Positions 52,621-64,000 of a stretch of 64,000 nucleotides of DNA are shown here, one piece after another. Under the pieces are notes generated by a model that saw nothing but the letters and a program-made list of their open reading frames with translations, was not told where the DNA came from and ran no database searches. Made by a program: the position numbers and the translations under genes. This DNA is from Mobula hypostoma. Taxonomy: Eukaryota. The stretch's first letter is position 1. Every line of letters begins with the position of its first letter. The stretch covers positions 133,302,001 through 133,366,000 of the forward strand of contig NC_086097.1 in the NCBI RefSeq assembly GCF_963921235.1, written 5' to 3'.

Positions 52621-52906
52621 GTAGATACTTCGACAGAGTCTGAAAGGCTGCAATGTGCCCGGACAGGTGAGCAGCTGCTCCTCAGGTCTACAGTGGGCAG
52701 TTGAAGTAGTGCGGGAGGCCACACCCAGGTTACATTGGAAGATTTAAAGAAGCAAGTTTTGTGGATCTCCTATTAAGTTGGAAGTCAGGATCACAATGCC
52801 CCTAATTGAGAAAAGTAAAAAAGTGTTATTTCTATATTTCTAATAATAAATGTTTCATAAAAAAGAATAGCAAGTGTAAACTATTGTGTAGCTTTCCAAA
52901 CCTTAC

Positions 52907-53193
52907 CTTCATCCTGGACAAGCTGCTGATCTGTAAGCTGTTGGCCAAGTGCACTTTGCTGAGGTCCCACAACTTGCTCCTGACTCAGGCCGAGCATGGT
53001 CTGCTGGTCAGCACTGATGGTTGAAGGCTGCTGCAGTTCAGTTGCCTGAATCTGAACTTGTGCCTGCCCAGTGGATGGGTCATTCTGCTGTTCCATGGAT
53101 TCAACCAAGCCATTGTCATCCAGGGGTGTTGCCTGCTGTTGCTGCTGCTGTTGCTGCTGTTGTTGCTGCTGTATCTGTTGTGCAAGTTCATAC
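52907..53193 (-). CDS. ZNF236: ZNF236 exon e5; polyQ / Q-rich region
   Basis: YELAQQI-Q13-ATPLDDNGLVESMEQQ...LGQQLTDQQLVQDE; CAG acceptor, AAG|GTAAGG donor; 287 nt, phase 2-1. Confidence 0.92.
53133..53171 (-). repeat. CAG/CAA repeat encoding Q13
   Basis: 13 consecutive Gln codons within exon e5. Confidence 0.95.
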
Positions 53194-55168
53194 CTGTATA
53201 TAGAAAAATAATCTACGTAAGTGGTGCAAGATTGGAAATAACTATTTGATATCTGTACACTTGATTTGCTTTCCTATAGTTATGGTCCTAGACTATACCA
53301 GACTATGAATTTATAGATTACATACTCTCTCTAGCAAGGAAGAAAACCTCCCATTTCTAAATCTGACTGGTAATTCCAGAATGTTATATACGATTCAGGG
53401 GGCAATTAGAGATGGGAAATAACTGTTGCCTTGTTGAACACATTTTAAGCTTTTCCTTCATCGCTGTAGCTTTAACTGTGTGAAATCTTATTAATGTCAA
53501 TCATTTTCATTCAGTTGAGTGTGTCTCTCTCTCTGTGATGGGATCTCCATGTCAGGCCAGATTAGAACATATTACCTCAAACTATATAATAAATTATTTG
53601 CAGGCTCTCATTGTTCAGTGAGTAGCATTTTCACCCAAACAAGGAATTATGGGTTCATATCCCAAGTTTGAGATCTGGGTTACCATTCCAATGCAACAGT
53701 GAAGAATTGTTGCAATATTACTAATGTTACAGATGCTGTTTGAGGTGGGATATCGCTGTGAAGTGAAGAAAGGCTCAAGTGAATACATAGAATGCAATAT
53801 TTCATTATTAATTCACAGTAGAATAATAAAGTTCCCCTCTATCTTCTGTGAACCCTGAATCCTCTAGAAACCAGGTAATATGCCCGTCTCATTGCTGGTT
53901 TGGGGCCTGAATGCATGCATATTGGATCCAATACACTGTTAAGCTCATAAATAGATTTTCTTTCATCACTTCAACTGAAGGTGGCAAAATATATTTGTTC
54001 TCAACTATTCAGATGTTTCCTGTTGCTTGTTAACAGTACAGACTCCAGATTATGTAGAGTAAACACACTTAAGCTTACACTGCACTAAAATGAAAGCATT
54101 CATTCATTGCTATTATAATAGCTTGAGTAATACAAGCTTTGTTAGCTCTTACTCAAGCAAACAATTGCTTCAAAGTCATGATAATTTTCTAAAACTTAAT
54201 GCAAGAAATTTTTGTTTTAGTCAACAGGAATTTATTCTTCACCAATAGCTGACTGGAAATGCTTATTTCTAATACTGGATATTGGTATATCATTCTCTGC
54301 ATGATACTATTGAGGATACAGAAAGTTAATTCCAACAACCAGCCTTGTTAAGCTCAAGAGAAGAGTAAGAGGGAGGCAGTGATGATACAACCCATGCTAT
54401 TGAAAAAGGATCTATTGCTCAACCAAAAATCAATACCTGTACCCAGCTGGAAGCCCAAGAAGAGTTAATTCACCCATGCAACTTCTCAGTTGCCTTTCTA
54501 ATATACATACTTCTTCACATGGGACCTGTTACCCAATAATGCAAATCAGGGCATGCTGTATTCATAGGGCCTCAGCTCCATCATCCTCTGGGGTTAAGCA
54601 GGATGCTGTCAGAACCATCATACAGCTGAAGCTTGAACTAAAGACGCCATTTCAAATAAGCTTTCCAAAACTTCATGCAGGAAAGGCTGCAGTAGTGTTT
54701 CTCCAGGAACAAGTAAGGCATAGACTCGCTTGTCCCAGACTTCTTCCATTTGTGAATGCCTCAGAATCCTTGAGCTCATTGGATAAAATATGAACCCCCC
54801 CCCACCCATCCCTTAGGTTCAACCTTTCTATTATCATGACACCTCCCTGAAGGAGTAGCACAGAATCAGAAGTCTTCAGAACACTTCACTGGAAAAAGAA
54901 TGTAAAAAGCAAATAGGAGTCTGCCTGCTAGAACATTAAGATCAACCCTGACCTTCTGTATTAAATTCACTTTCTCATCTGAATCCTACCAACCCCAGTA
55001 CTGATCACCTTCAGTGACTGGTCATGTACAGCTCTCTAGAATAGAGAATACTGAATACTCACAATTCACCTGTTTAATGGTCTCCTAATACTCATCTCCA
55101 ATCACTGGAAACAGCCCTCGGCACCTAGCCCCTCACTTCAAAAATCAGCTCTTCTTCTCCACACTTGA

Positions 55169-57080
55169 CAAAAATTACTTACAATAAAATTATACTGAAT
55201 CATCTAAAAGCTGTGGTGGTAGAGTATTTAAAGTTATTAAAAATAAATGAAAACATCTAAGAAAGAGTTGGCAATAAAGGTAAAAAACAGGTCTAAAGTC
55301 ACCGAATCATGACAACTTAAAAGACCATTCAGATCACTGTTTATGGTGTTAGTAGAACATTAAAGAGGCAAAGGATCATACAAATATTTAATTGAATTTG
55401 CATTTGATGGTCACAATATAGAGTTAAGTTTCTATAGTATGTCAGTTATTCACTATTTTATTAAGTGCTTACCAAAATTCACGCTTTTTCTTAAAAACTT
55501 GTGATCCCTTACTTTCAGTAAAAAAAAGGTGCAAACTCTTGCAGTCAAAGGTCTACTGATGCAGAATGTTAAAGAAGCCCCAAATGAATGCATATGAAGT
55601 AACATCAGAAGCTCTTACCTATGTGTTTTCATATGCTTTTTACAATTCATGGAAGTCTTGAAAGTTTTCTGACAATAGGGGCACATGAAGGGGCGCACCT
55701 CACTGTGGGTGGACATGTGCCTCTTCAGGCTGCCATTGGTGGTGAAAGTTCCATCACAAATCAAACATTTGTAGGCCTTCAGACCAGAATGTGTCCGGAT
55801 GTGTGATTTAAGGACCCCAGATGAAACAAAGGCTCTGCCACATTGTGAACATTTGAATGGTTTCTCGCCTGTGTGAGACCTGAAATGAGAACAAACCAGC
55901 TGACTACACCCATTAAAACAATTTTACTACAGTATTCAAAAGTAGCAAATCTTAATTTTTCCTCCTTTATTTTATCATTTGTGATAGTAAGCACGGAACA
56001 CAAGATAGTTATCAGTTAATTCCAACTGGGAATTCAGGAGGACTATCTTTACCCTGAGAGTGGGTTAGAATGTGGAATTTGCTACCATTTGCAAGAGTTT
56101 AGATGCCAACCTAAATGAATGAAATCTAGATAAGGACGCTAATGGGAAAGAAACAGAAGGAGGACTGATAGGATTATATCAAAATAGAGTGGAAAGGGGC
56201 TCATGTGGGCCATAAAACACAGTCATTCGGTAGAGGGTGTAAATTCAAAGTAGTTTTACAAGATAATAATACAAGGGAGATGTGCATAGAGTTATCATGT
56301 TTCAAGTGAACAATGCTTTTCTCAGACCTTTAAGGTGCTTTCTTGCTCAGAAGCCAAAGTCTGAACAGAAGATCTCTGGTGGAGTTTCCATTTTGGGTGC
56401 AACTTGCAATCAGACAAAAAAAACTTTATACTGGTTGCAATAACTTTCCGAAGTACATTTGTCAGCTTTTTACTCCAACACATTTACATAATCACGACAA
56501 AATCCACCAAGTTTTAAATTGTAATTCTTTTGGTTTCCCATTTTAAAAAGATCCTAAATACAGGGTGCTGACCTTATCCAATTTTATTTGTGCAACTGAA
56601 TATACATTCATTACAATAGTATATTTATTCAAGAGTTTAATCCATCACAAATAACCAGATTTAAAACAGAAACAAAAATTACTTGTAATAAAATTACACA
56701 GCATTATGTAATAACTGTGCTAGTACATACCAATTCAGTTTCAAAATTATTAAAAAGAAATGAAAGCATCTAAGAAAGAGAGGACAATAAAAGTACAAAA
56801 AAAGAGAAGGTTGAATTCATTGGTTCATTACAACATAGGAGGTCATTCCAACCACAAATCTGTGTTGGCTTCAGTAGAACATTTATAGAGAAGAAAATTA
56901 AAGGATCAAGCAAATATTAAAAAACTGAAATTGCATTTGATAGCCATGGCTGTAGAGTTAAACTTCTATAAAAACTAAATTTTTATTTGATAGACATGGA
57001 TGTAAAGTTAAGTTTCTATAGCATCTCTTTTCAAAAGTCATTTAGCCTTTTATCTAGTACTTGCCAGAATGACTCCCTTT
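55169..57080 (+). repeat. Diverged direct repeat pair (about 55169-55490 and 56673-57080)
   Basis: Shared collinear blocks CAAAAATTACTT, CATCTAAGAAAGAG, AGTAGAACATT, AAAGGATCA, TTGCATTTGAT, AGTTAAGTTTCTATAG. Confidence 0.8.
55619..55879 (-). CDS. ZNF236: ZNF236 exon e4; fingers 6-8
   Basis: [93 protein letters not shown] acceptor, GTAAGA donor; 261 nt, phase 2-2. Confidence 0.94.
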
Positions 57081-57340
57081 TATTATTTGAAATTTTGGAA
57101 GCAAGACTTTAGAAATGTAATGATTAATTTGTAACAAGAGCATGAAGCAGAGTGCTCTACATAACACTGAGTGCAAGATTCAAGACTGCTTAATGTACAC
57201 AAGAATAAAAGAGAACAAAATAATTGTTAGTCTGGATCCAATGCAGCACAAAAAAACAACACAGTAAGAAAAAGAACACAATAATTAAAAAATACCATAA
57301 ATATACAAGATATAAAGTGAAAAAGAAGATTGGTAGCTCG

Positions 57341-58530
57341 GTCGCAAACATTTCATCACCAGTCACGGTGATATCATTAGTGCGCATTGAGTGCTGTTTC
57401 TGTCACGTGCTCACATTTATATTGATCTGTCCTGCTGTTCTGATTGGCTGGCTGCCGCCCTGGCAGCTAGTCTCTGCTGGGTCCGGGCAAACAGGACAAC
57501 TGAGTGATCTCTGCTAGCCTGTATCCCTGGTTATCAGTCATTGTGAACATTGGTTCCTTGGGTGTCCGTGGCTCACCCCTCAGCCCCGATCCTGCAGACT
57601 TATAGGTTCATAAATTGCATCCAGTTCAATATACTTGTCAATAGCTTTTTGTTGAGAACTAAGCTTCTAAAAATTCTCTTGATTTCTAGTACTCTGCTTC
57701 TGCCAGGATTTTTTTCCTCCAAAGTATTCACATGCAATGGCTATCTAAAAAACTTCATCAGAAGGTGTTTCATCCAGAGAAACAACTCCTACTGAATAGA
57801 CAAGAAAGAGGCTAACCCTACCATCCATCAGGAATATTTCCAAAATGACAGCAGGACTGCTCCAACCACAGGGAACGATGGTAGCATACAAACCCAGCAT
57901 AACAATCAGAATGCTGGTCTTGAGATCCGAAGATCCAACTGCCCACATGGAGAGAACAAATGCAACATACCAAATTCAATGTGGAGACTACCCCAAACAC
58001 TATATAGGACAGACGAACAGAAACCTATCCACAAGACTACATGAACATATGCTCACCATAAAACATAATCCTCTGTCATTCATCTCAGTACATGAAGAGC
58101 AAGGAGGACACAAGTTCATCTGAGAAACTGCACAAAACCTGGCAGAAGCACAAAACAAGGAATCTGGAGAATTCTTAGAAGCTAAGTTCTCAACGGAAGA
58201 CTCTATTAATAAGCACTTTGAACTAGACACAACTTATGAACCTATGCATCTGCGGGATTGGGGCTGAGGGGTGAGCTGCGAACACCCAAGGAACCAATGT
58301 TCAAAATGCCTGATAACCAGGGATACAGGTCAGCAGAGATCACTTACTATGTGGTTGGCCAGTACCCAGCAGAGTCTAGCAGCCAGCACAGCAGCCAACT
58401 AATCAGAACAACGACGTCAGACCATACAAAAGTGAGTACTCAGCAGAAACTACACTCAATTGCACAATGATGATGTCATCTCGAATGGTGAAAAAACGTT
58501 TGCGACTAAACTCCAGGCTCGGTGAACAAC
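57341..58530 (+). mobile_element. Second-family PLE (Penelope/Poseidon-like) with inverted 5' copy of its terminal repeat
   Basis: GIY-YIG NATYQIQC...HYIGQTNRNLSTRLHEH; 57341-57644 is an inverted copy of about 58203-58506. Confidence 0.82.
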
Positions 58531-58559
58531 CCTACAGACACAGATACATTAAGATAGCT

Positions 58560-59475
58560 TATTAACATAGATTGATTGTATGTCCATAAAGTGATGCTAG
58601 GCACACGAGAGTCTGTTCATAAAATGATAGCGTAGTGGTGGTGGGGTACAGTAGTAGGTTGAGGTATTGATCAGCCTTACTGCTTGGGGAAAGTAACTGT
58701 TTTTGAGTCTAGTGGTCTTGACATGAATGCTACGTAGCCTCCTCCCTGAAGGGAGTTGGATAAAGAGTTCATGATATTGCCGGTCTTTTACCAGCATGCT
58801 TCTGTATACATGTCCTCGATGGCAGGTAGGCTGGTGCCAGTGATGCTTTGGGCAGTTTGGACTACCTGTTGGAGAGCTTTCCTGTCCAGCACAGTGCAGT
58901 GTCTGTACTCTGCAGCGACGTAGCTTGTTAGGGTGCTCTGTACTGCACGTCTGCAGAAGATCATGAATATTGACATGCATAGTCCAGCTCTCTTCAGCTT
59001 CCTCAGAAAGTAGAAGTGTTTGCGAGTTTTCTTGATTGTGTAGGATGTGTTCCCTGACCAGAAGAGGTTATGCAAGATGTGCTTTCCCCAGTTGTTTGAA
59101 ACTGGTCACAGTTTCCATTGCTGTGCCGCCGATATAAAGAAGGATGTGAGTGGTACGAGTTCTCCTGAAGTCGATGACCATCTCTCTCATCTTGTTGACA
59201 CTGAGAAAGAGGTTATTTGCCAGACACCATACCTCGAACTCTTCTATCTCCTCATTGTTGTTGCTGATGAACCCCAGTATTGTTGTGTCATCAGCATACT
59301 TGACAAGGTGATTACTCAGGTATTTAGCCATGCAGTCTTATCTGAGTAGCGTGTACAGCAGTTGGTTCAGCACACAGCCCTGGGGGGCTCCCATGTTATT
59401 GATGATGGAGAGGAAAGAGTGATTGTGCATCTGATGTCTAGTGGTGAGGAAGTCCAACACCCAGTTGCAGTGGTG
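58560..59475 (-). mobile_element. Rex1/Babar-like LINE fragment
   Basis: VKYADDTTILG, L.LSVNK.REMVIDFRR, YFLRKLKR, LPSGRRLRSI..KTTRLKNSYFPQAVRL motifs. Confidence 0.85.
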
Positions 59476-59561
59476 TATTTAGATAACTTCAAGTACAAAT
59501 GTAGTAACATTTCTACCTTTATCATAAAAATCAGAATTAAAAACTTTCAAAGAAGGATTGA

Positions 59562-59568
<7 letters not shown>

Positions 59569-59602
<34 letters not shown>
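59569..59602 (+). repeat. (CA)17 microsatellite
   Basis: Direct count. Confidence 0.95.
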
Positions 59603-59604
<2 letters not shown>

Positions 59605-59800
59605 AAATAATTTCATGGCTTTGAGGAAGACCTTAAGAATAGTTTTATTGAATAACTCTTCTAAAGAACAAGTATAGTCATACTGGAATGACTGCACTAA
59701 ATTTAAAAATATAATCTATATTGGTGTCAGCAATATAAAGTGTAAGCACAGCTTCTGGATCAACAAAACACTTCAAACAAGCAAAAGTTACCACTCCTAC

Positions 59801-59954
59801 CTGATGTGTTGTTTAAGATGACTAGACTTTTTAAATCCTTTGTTGCAATAAGCACATCTGTATGGCCTATCCCCACCCAGTCCATCAGTTATGATGCCAT
59901 TGGCCAGATAATGACTGTACAATTGGCTATTCCGTGGTGTTTGTTGGATGAGGC
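59801..59954 (-). CDS. ZNF236: ZNF236 exon e3; finger 5
   Basis: [55 protein letters not shown] acceptor, CAG|GTAGGA donor; 154 nt, phase 1-2. Confidence 0.92.
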
Positions 59955-62711
59955 CTACGGTGAAAAAAGTGGTGTTTAAGTAAAATTAATTTTCATACAT
60001 TTTGAAAGCTAGTTATATATTCATAGCACCTTTTCAGACTCAAAGCAAAAAAGCAACAACAAAAACACTTAAGAAATCAAAATGATGTTACTAGTACACA
60101 ACAGGTGCTCAATATGCTATGTAATTAACATTTAGCCATTATATCAAATTCCCAGTACTCTTTGGTGGATCCCACAGTACAAGCATTACGAGCAAACATC
60201 CACCTAATTACACACTTATGATGCAGCAAAACAGCATTTTGTAAAAGCATTAAGTAGAAGCAAAACAAGGAGTACAAGATGAACAATTATAGTATTGGGC
60301 AAATTCTACTTCAATACAGCGAACAATCTTGTATTCCAACTGAATTTTCAAAGGGAGAATTCGATATTAATGGCTTAGTGCAAAGTAATGATGTCTAAAC
60401 TGAAAGAGCTCCCTCTACTGTGATAATTCAATTTACATCAGCCACACACTGCACATTCATGGTTTTGTACTGTTTAGTTAAAACTCAGGTTCCTGCCCAA
60501 TTTAAAATTAAATTTCAAAAACTATACCAGAAGTACCCTGCAAGTTATGGAAGAGGAGCTAATTTGGGTGGGAAACAAATAGCAAAAAAAACATTTTATT
60601 CAACTGAATAATAAAAGCTACACTTTTTCTTCTCTGAGAAGAGATTCTGCCCAAAAACATTATCTTCTCCTTTTCCCAGGCATCAAGAAATTGACTGCAC
60701 AGTTCTCCCAGTTTCTGCTTACATTTAAGATCTTTTGCATCTTAATTATCCAAATTTATCTCAGTTGAGCCTTATAACTGAACAAGAATTCAAAGCTCAT
60801 TAAATCTGGTCCATCCAGGCACCAGAAGTGAAACAAGAAGTCAAAGTCTACCCGCATTCAAGGTATGCAGGTGGTCAGCTCATCCAGATATCACATCCAT
60901 ACTTAAGGATAAAATGCCTCTCAGAAAGAAGTATATTGAGGGGGGATGGGGCAAAGAAAACTTAAAATAGGGAAGCACTGAAAATATAGGGAAGCACAGA
61001 AAGTCACACAAAAGAGCTCAAAGAGGCTTTTGAAAGTAGCAAAGGAAGTGACAAAGAAAAGTTTCGCTCAAAGATCTTCAGTAAGTAAGAACAGCAAAGG
61101 AACAAGGGTTGTGAGAACAAAGAGGATCACCAGGGATCGAGAAGCCGCCTGGACAGGTAAGCTACTGTTTCTGTACTATCTGCGACTCTATGATCTGATT
61201 ACGTCAATATATGTGAAGGGCGAAGTGGCCTGCACCTATTTTTTTAAAACAGGCTAATGACAAACAAAATGGCTAAGTAATTAGGCAGACTGCCTTGGAG
61301 TGTGCAGTCTTAAGTGTTCTGCACTATTTAGATACTAGTGGGTTGTAGCAAAATAAATTACACAAAATTCACCTCACAAGCCTCCCAAAAGATTGGATTA
61401 GATAACCCTAGCTGTGACCAGCAACTCTAAAGAGAACTGCCTGCACGTACCCAAACTCAGATACAAGCCCTGTTGTTAAGACCAGGACATATTAAGTGAC
61501 AGATGCTAGTGCATCACATTCTCAATTCCACTGCTAATCTCCATATGGAGACCAATAACACAGCCCCGTTCAACTCTTTCATCCCAGCCAGGTAGATCTG
61601 ACATAGGATCAGATTTCACTGGGGTTTACTGGTGAAGAGCAAGGTTATTTAGTTTTTCATTTAATTTGTTTCAACGTTTCCACTTATTTCTTAGTTTAAA
61701 GGATTTAAAACTAAATTAATACATTTAAAAAATTAAAACTAAACTGATATTAATTTGTATGAAATTGAATAATATTTAATGTGCAGCAAGCTTAATTTTC
61801 AGCTATCTCTGAATATCAGAAATGTTTAACAACTATTGCAAAAACCCTGAAAGATTTGACACAAGAGAAACCTCTAACTTTCTCTCATCTCAATGAATCC
61901 TGTGAGCAGGATCTCAGTAAAATGTCTCCTCATTACCAAGGTCTTGCTGGACACTTCCAAAATAAAGAGTCACCTCAAGCAACTCTCTGTCCATTCCAAG
62001 TAAGAACAGGCAATCACCAGTCTTGAGTAGAGTACAAGCAGCAGGCTGAATTTATCTCAATTTGCCCCAGTTGTCTCATTCCTTTCTACCTCTTCCTCTT
62101 TATATACCGATCTACCCCTTAAACCGATGTTATTCACACATGGTACCAAGTTAATACACCCAACACTCTGTAATGAGGCTTCTCCTGAATAATAAAAAAA
62201 ACTATCTGATTTTGAACTTCTGTGGAACTTGGAGTGTTTTCTCTAAATCTATTTTATGAAACTGTTTCAGAATTATAATAATGAATTCCTCCAATATGTC
62301 TTCTTCTGAGTGCCTCTTCTCAAAAGAGACACACAGCTTGTTCAGGCTCTCTGCAACAGATGTATGATTTGTGTACCTAGAGTCAGGTCACTGATTCTTT
62401 TCAAGGCTTTCAAAGGTTTGTTAGTTTTCCATGCAAACTTAGCAAAATAGAAACATTTCAAAAATGAAGCAGTTCCTTATTAACTAATTTATTCATGCAA
62501 GGGCACTGCAAGAACATTTAATATGTTTCGAGAATGTTTTTGCCCAAAAGTGCCACAAAAAACACAATTTTATTTTTTGCTTAGTGTACATAAATAAAAT
62601 CATTTGTTTATTGCTATGCAAACTCTCAAGTCAATTGCTGTTGTAAGTATGTTGTGTCTGCTGCATTTTGCTGTCCATTTCCACCAAGTCACACATAATG
62701 GAAAACCTTAC

Positions 62712-62912
62712 CTGAATCAGTGATGAGGATAGGTTCCTGAAGTGGGATATCAGTTAATGTGACACTGTTTTTTAAAATCCGCGTCTTGGCTGGTTTGCGT
62801 GGAAATCTTTTCTTAAGCTGCAAGTTTTTGAAGTGCGAAGCGATGTGACTTTTGCGATGCCCTGAGGTCCTGAACTTTTTGTCACAGTGTGGACAATCAA
62901 ATGGTCTAGCTC
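62712..62912 (-). CDS. ZNF236: ZNF236 exon e2; finger 4 plus basic linker
   Basis: TAG|GA acceptor; [66 protein letters not shown]; donor CAG|GTAAGG; 201 nt, phase 1-1. Confidence 0.93.
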
Positions 62913-63787
62913 CTAATCACATGGATAGAAGATCGATAGAAAAATAGAATTGAAATATCTGTACAACATGCAGTATTAGTACAAATCTGGGGTGAGTAAA
63001 CAAAAATCATTCCCTTTCAACTGCACATTTTACTCCAAGAACCTTAGAATTTTAGGAGTGTTCCAAAGCACATTCAATCTATATATTTTTTTAAAATCAT
63101 GGTTTCTCTGCAGGCTGCAATGGCAGAGGTGAATATAATTTCTCAACATGGAACAAAAATGCTCAATTCTTTGTCTGTACTTGAGTCAGATGATCTTGAC
63201 CAGAGCAGCAAATAATAACTTCAACGTGGATGCCTACATGGGAGCTTGAAAATAAAATATTCCCTCAGAATTTTATGAGTCTGCCCAAGATCTAATAAAG
63301 TTTTGTGGAAAGCGTATATTCATTTTCAACCAGACTGAATTCCCCACTACACTGGGCGAAGAAAAACAAAAGCATCTTCTATCTATGGCTGAAGCAACCT
63401 ATAATTCCTTTGCACATGCATTAAGTCCCGGCCGTAAACTAGACTTAATCTGAGAAACTATAGAAACCAAACTACAGAGTGTAAGTAACTTGCTAAGTAT
63501 AAAGATACAGATTTCACAGGACAAGCTGACTTACCCTATCCCTGTAGCTACAAAGTTTTATAAACATTGCCTTAAGCTGTTTGAGCTTATAAACTATATA
63601 GACACAGTCTGGATTGACCTCCCTTGGATTTCCCTTTTCCTCCCATGATTTAGCACCAGATCAACGAGGCTGGAGATTAGAGGTGCCAGGTATGGCTATG
63701 TCAACTTGTTGTTCAAAGCCCTCTTTAAAGGATGTATCTGGATTAGCATTACAATATTCTAAATAGACCCAGGAGTTACAAAGGTAC

Positions 63788-64000
63788 CTGTATGTAGCCG
63801 AAGATGAACTTTTAGACTCCCTTGAGTGGAAAACATCTTTGCACACATGGGACATCGGAATTCCTTGATGCCAGTGTGAGTCTTCATATGCGCAGTAAGG
63901 GTGCTTTTTACAGCAAAAGCCCGGAAACACTGAGTGCATTTGTAGGGCTTTTCATGTGTGTGGATACGAATATGTCGTACTAGATCACTGGGCTTTTTAA
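63788..64000 (-). CDS. ZNF236: ZNF236 exon e1 (5' part outside window); C2H2 fingers 1 (partial), 2, 3
   Basis: [71 protein letters not shown]; donor CAG|GTACCT, phase 1. Confidence 0.93.

Noticed and set aside
53058..53249. Poly-Leu membrane-like ORF
   Set aside because: Antisense reading of the polyQ codons in e5.

Overview
Eukaryotic (vertebrate) genomic DNA, most likely a cartilaginous fish such as a ray (inferred from the repeat families). The window lies almost entirely inside one minus-strand gene, ZNF236 (multi-C2H2 zinc-finger protein). I reconstructed 19 coding exons by hand (window order e1-e19, 64000 down to 3913). All introns are GT-AG and phase-consistent, giving about 1200 aa with 15 complete plus 1 partial C2H2 fingers, a Q13 tract and a Q/S/T-rich region; both ends of the gene lie outside the window. 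Introns are packed with transposon relics: CR1-clade, Rex1/Babar-like and Tx1-like LINEs, several tRNA-derived SINEs, Tc1/mariner and hAT (Buster-type) elements, and many Penelope-like elements (PLEs), one of them very young. The most interesting signals are: (i) PLE-derived minimal hammerhead ribozyme motifs in the pre-mRNA sense orientation on both sides of exon e14, one locked in a 69-bp hairpin; (ii) an internally deleted Tc1 element carrying a 117-bp copy of intron sequence found 9.4 kb away; (iii) an A-B-B-A duplicated four-finger architecture, a candidate cassette exon and tandem in-frame acceptors; (iv) a diverged direct repeat bracketing exon e4. I see no CRISPR array, rRNA or bona fide tRNA gene, and no evidence that firmly establishes a new biological system. 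Family names come from motif recognition and recall, not database searches, and TE boundaries without TSDs are approximate.
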